NCBI GenBank assembly: GCA_051294375.1
Contig: CM119263.1
Location: 26,551,702 to 26,615,701, forward strand
Source of the DNA: Paraspadella gotoi
Taxonomy: Eukaryota; Animalia; Chaetognatha
Direction of reading: 5' to 3'
Length of the DNA stretch: 64,000 bases
The translations under genes and the position numbers were made by a program. The notes beneath the pieces are model-generated. The model made no database searches. It was not told the origin of the DNA and was given only the letters and a program-made list of their open reading frames with translations. Each line of letters begins with the position of its first letter. Positions within the stretch are counted from its first letter, which is position 1. Of the stretch, positions 60,891 to 64,000 are shown in pieces.

Positions 60891-62265
60891 GCTTCGTCGC
60901 CGAATAACAAGACGTTTAGCGAGACGGCGCGATCTCGAAAGCGTCTAACCGCGAGACTGAAGCGATGGTACGACGGATTCGGCGATAAACAGAATAATGG
61001 TTAAAACGATATTCGCTTTATTGGCTTCTGTTTATCTTTGTTTACGTTTTTGTTTTGGCTTTTTAATTTTGTTTTCTAAAAGAAAAAAAAAACGAAACTT
61101 TAAATTAAAGTGCAATCGATCTTAGAATTGGGGACGGAATTAAAAAACGAAATTTCAGGAAGAAAAAAAGGAGAGGGAAAAAGTAAAAGAGAAAAAAAAA
61201 TGGCGGGTGATTTGTGTATTGGGCAGTCGCCAGTGGCAACGGAGAGACCCGTCGATGTGGTGTCGATTCGGTGGTTTTCGTGGTCGTTGTTCGAGGGAAA
61301 AGGGGGGAGGAAGGGAGGAAAGGGGGGGAAGGGCGGCGTTCGTGTTTCAGGAATCGAAAAGAAAAGTGAGGAACGAAACGAACAGGAACCGAGGAGAAAA
61401 CATATGGGAAGGCGGAGGGAAAAACATGAAAGAGGAAAAAAATTGAAGGAGGGGGAAAGGAAAAATGAATAAAAGGAGAGAAGGAAAAGGAAATAAAAAG
61501 CGTAGTGGAAATTGGAGGGAAAAAAAGAAGAAACTTTTTCAAGAGTGAGGTACGAGAAAAGGTAAGGGTAATGTGCAGGGTTGAGGGCGAGAGAAATGGT
61601 CGTCTGTTAGATTTTTAATTTGGGAAGCTGAATATTAAATAAGCAAACAAAGCGTTAAGGAGGTTATGATGATAAGATTTAAAAATAAAATATCCGGTGG
61701 ATATTGTAAACATTTTTTTTTAAATCTGGAGAAAGAAAAAAAATCTGAGAGAGAAAACAAAAGGAATAGGAGAAATAAAATCAAATGACGAATGAGAGGG
61801 GAAGTAGACGATCGATCCGGAGAAACAAAAAGAAAGAAACAAAGCAAAAAAAAAAAAAAGAAAAAAAGAAAAAGAAAACAAAAGAAAGAGAAGAGAAAAA
61901 AATCGTCGAGTCAAAAATACATTAGCGACGCGAAAGTTCGTGGAACCAAAAAAGAAAAAAAAAGAAAAAGTCGCTCAGGTTGTTCTCGGTTTTTGTTACG
62001 TTGTCGTTGTTGTCGTCATTTTTTAAGAGGAGTTTGTCAGGATATTTGTTCCATAATATAGGGGCAGGATAACTTATTTATTTAATGAATGGATAATTTT
62101 TATATCGGTTGTAACAATTTCAATCCATCTTTTTTATTGTCGAATACATAGTTAGTTGGGGCCAGTCAGTACCAATAGAAGGCGTTAAAAAACATCAATG
62201 TGGCAAAATAAAGACTTCAAACTGTATAATTGAGATGGTCAATATAAAACACAGACAAAAAAAAA

Positions 62266-62330
62266 GGCCAGCGTCAGGAGTCGAACCCGCGACCCCAACA
62301 CTCCGCTGTCATCGATCCAATCGACCAACT
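62266..62330 (-). mobile_element. tRNA-derived SINE head / tRNA-like relic
   Basis: B box GGGTTCGACTCC with an upstream A-box-like TTGGTCGATTGG. Confidence 0.45.
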
Positions 62331-62718
62331 TCCTCCTTTTTTTTCGGCGTCGGATCAATTTCGCCTGATTTCGCCTTATTTCAATTTCGACTGAAAGGAA
62401 AAGAAACTAAGGTAATGGCAGCAGTGCCGGATGGTGCCGGATCACGGCCGGACCGGGCCGGTTCCGGCATTGAGGAAGACGATGAAGCTGAACCAAAAAT
62501 GATGGTGCTGGAGAGAAAGTGATGGTTTATGCCGTTAATCATATAAACATAAAAAGACGAGACGGGAATCCGGATTTTTCAAAGAAAAAGGAGACGACGG
62601 CGACGATGACGACGACGATGACGACGACGATGAAAAAAACTTTCGATCGGCGAAGAATTAAAAGAAACAAACTTCTTCGAGAGTTTGGATTAAAAAGAAA
62701 ACGAAAACGAAATCGAGA

Positions 62719-62801
<83 letters not shown>

Positions 62802-64000
62802 AATTTCTCGATAATTTTGATGAACTATCCTCTGAGTCTGAGACGCGCCTACAAAAATCGAAAAGAAGTAAAAAAAAATAAAAAAAAGAAAAAAAAATTG
62901 AAAACGAGGTTAGTGCGAGAGAGAGACAGAGACAAAGACAGAGACAGAGTCAGCAAGACAGAGAGAGTGAGATGTTGATGGACAGAAAGTGAGATAGAAA
63001 TGAAGAGAATGTGTAAACTAAAAATCTTTCGGGAAACAGAAATAGAAAGTTTGGCAAATCAGGTTAGAAAAGAAAAGAGCAAATATTTTTTTAAAAAATA
63101 TTTTGACTTATATAACTTTTTTTGATATACAGCGATAAAAATTATAAATGATATAAGGAGTTTAACTTCAACTAAAGCACCGGACTGAAAGAATTTACAA
63201 ATAATACAATACATACAAATGATACATACAGACATAACTTTACAATATTATTAAGAACGACAGTTCCGTGTTTAGTCAACGTTATGATTTATCTAGTTTT
63301 AATTGTCGGGTAAACCCGATGCCCGACAAAACCCCCTTCTGAACCCCCCCTGCTCTCTCTCCCCTCACCGACCACCACCGACTCCCCCAAAAAAGGCAGA
63401 GTTTTCCCCTCAGAATCTCAGATTCAAACTTCCTTCTGTTTCCAGATAAAATTTCCTTCGCTCGAGTCTCCTGCTCAAGATCACGGCTCCGCATGTTAGA
63501 AGGATGAAAAAATAAAAAAAGAAAGAGAAAAATAAAGGAGAAAGGAAAAAAAAAGAAAGGAAAAAAAAATGGGAAAAAGATTCTAAAAAAAAAAGAAGAT
63601 AAAAATGCGAAGTAAAAAAAAAAGGCGAAGAAAGTTTCCATCCGTCGCCCACCGAGCGAAAATGAGGGGGGGGCGGGGGGTAGGAGGAAGGGGAAGATGA
63701 GGAGTGAACGAAATGGGGATATGAGTGAGAAAAGAAAGAAGAGTGAGAGAGGAAGAGGAAATGATAGAGGGGTAGGGGCAGAAAGGGACAAGCGCGACTG
63801 AACTCAAGAAGGGGAAAAAAAGGGATAAGTTAATTGTATAAATAATGGCGAAGGGGAGTCGGATGTGTTGATAGAGTGAAAGAGGGCGCAAAGGGAAATA
63901 TTGAGGGTGAAAATGGAGATGGGTGGATGGAAAGTGGAGATGAGGGGTGAGTAGGTGATCCTTTGATGTTTGACAAACATTTTTTTCGATGAAAGAGATG

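Noticed and set aside
60545-61004. Acidic, or Met/Thr-rich, protein exon
   Set aside because: The Asp frame has multiple stops, and the other frames are by-products of the trinucleotide repeat.

Overview
Animal genomic DNA from a gappy draft assembly, with AT-rich introns, many (GA/TC)n tracts and patches of indel-rich, long-read-like sequence. The backbone is the 5' half of a LAR-type (type IIa) receptor tyrosine phosphatase gene on the + strand: Ig1-3 and FN3 1-3 exons from 3248 to 33218. It includes a 12-nt meB-position microexon and tandem donors at the meA position. Its introns hold an intron-containing, bacterial-type DcsG/RimK-like ATP-grasp ligase gene (antisense) and a frameshifted vWA/alpha-kinase gene in a roughly 9-kb copy-specific segment. 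Just after the last visible LAR exon is a divergent PDGF/VEGF-like ORF with an altered cysteine pattern. Further on are a LINE inserted into a (TC)n microsatellite and a quaking/how (STAR) gene with a single-exon CDS on the - strand. Three large duplications (11.4-16.3 kb tandem; 16.9-20.3 kb inverted against 31.6-34.8 kb; 43.2-54.4 kb tandem) look like uncollapsed haplotypes or mis-oriented contigs. All family assignments come from motif recognition and remembered sequences, not database searches.
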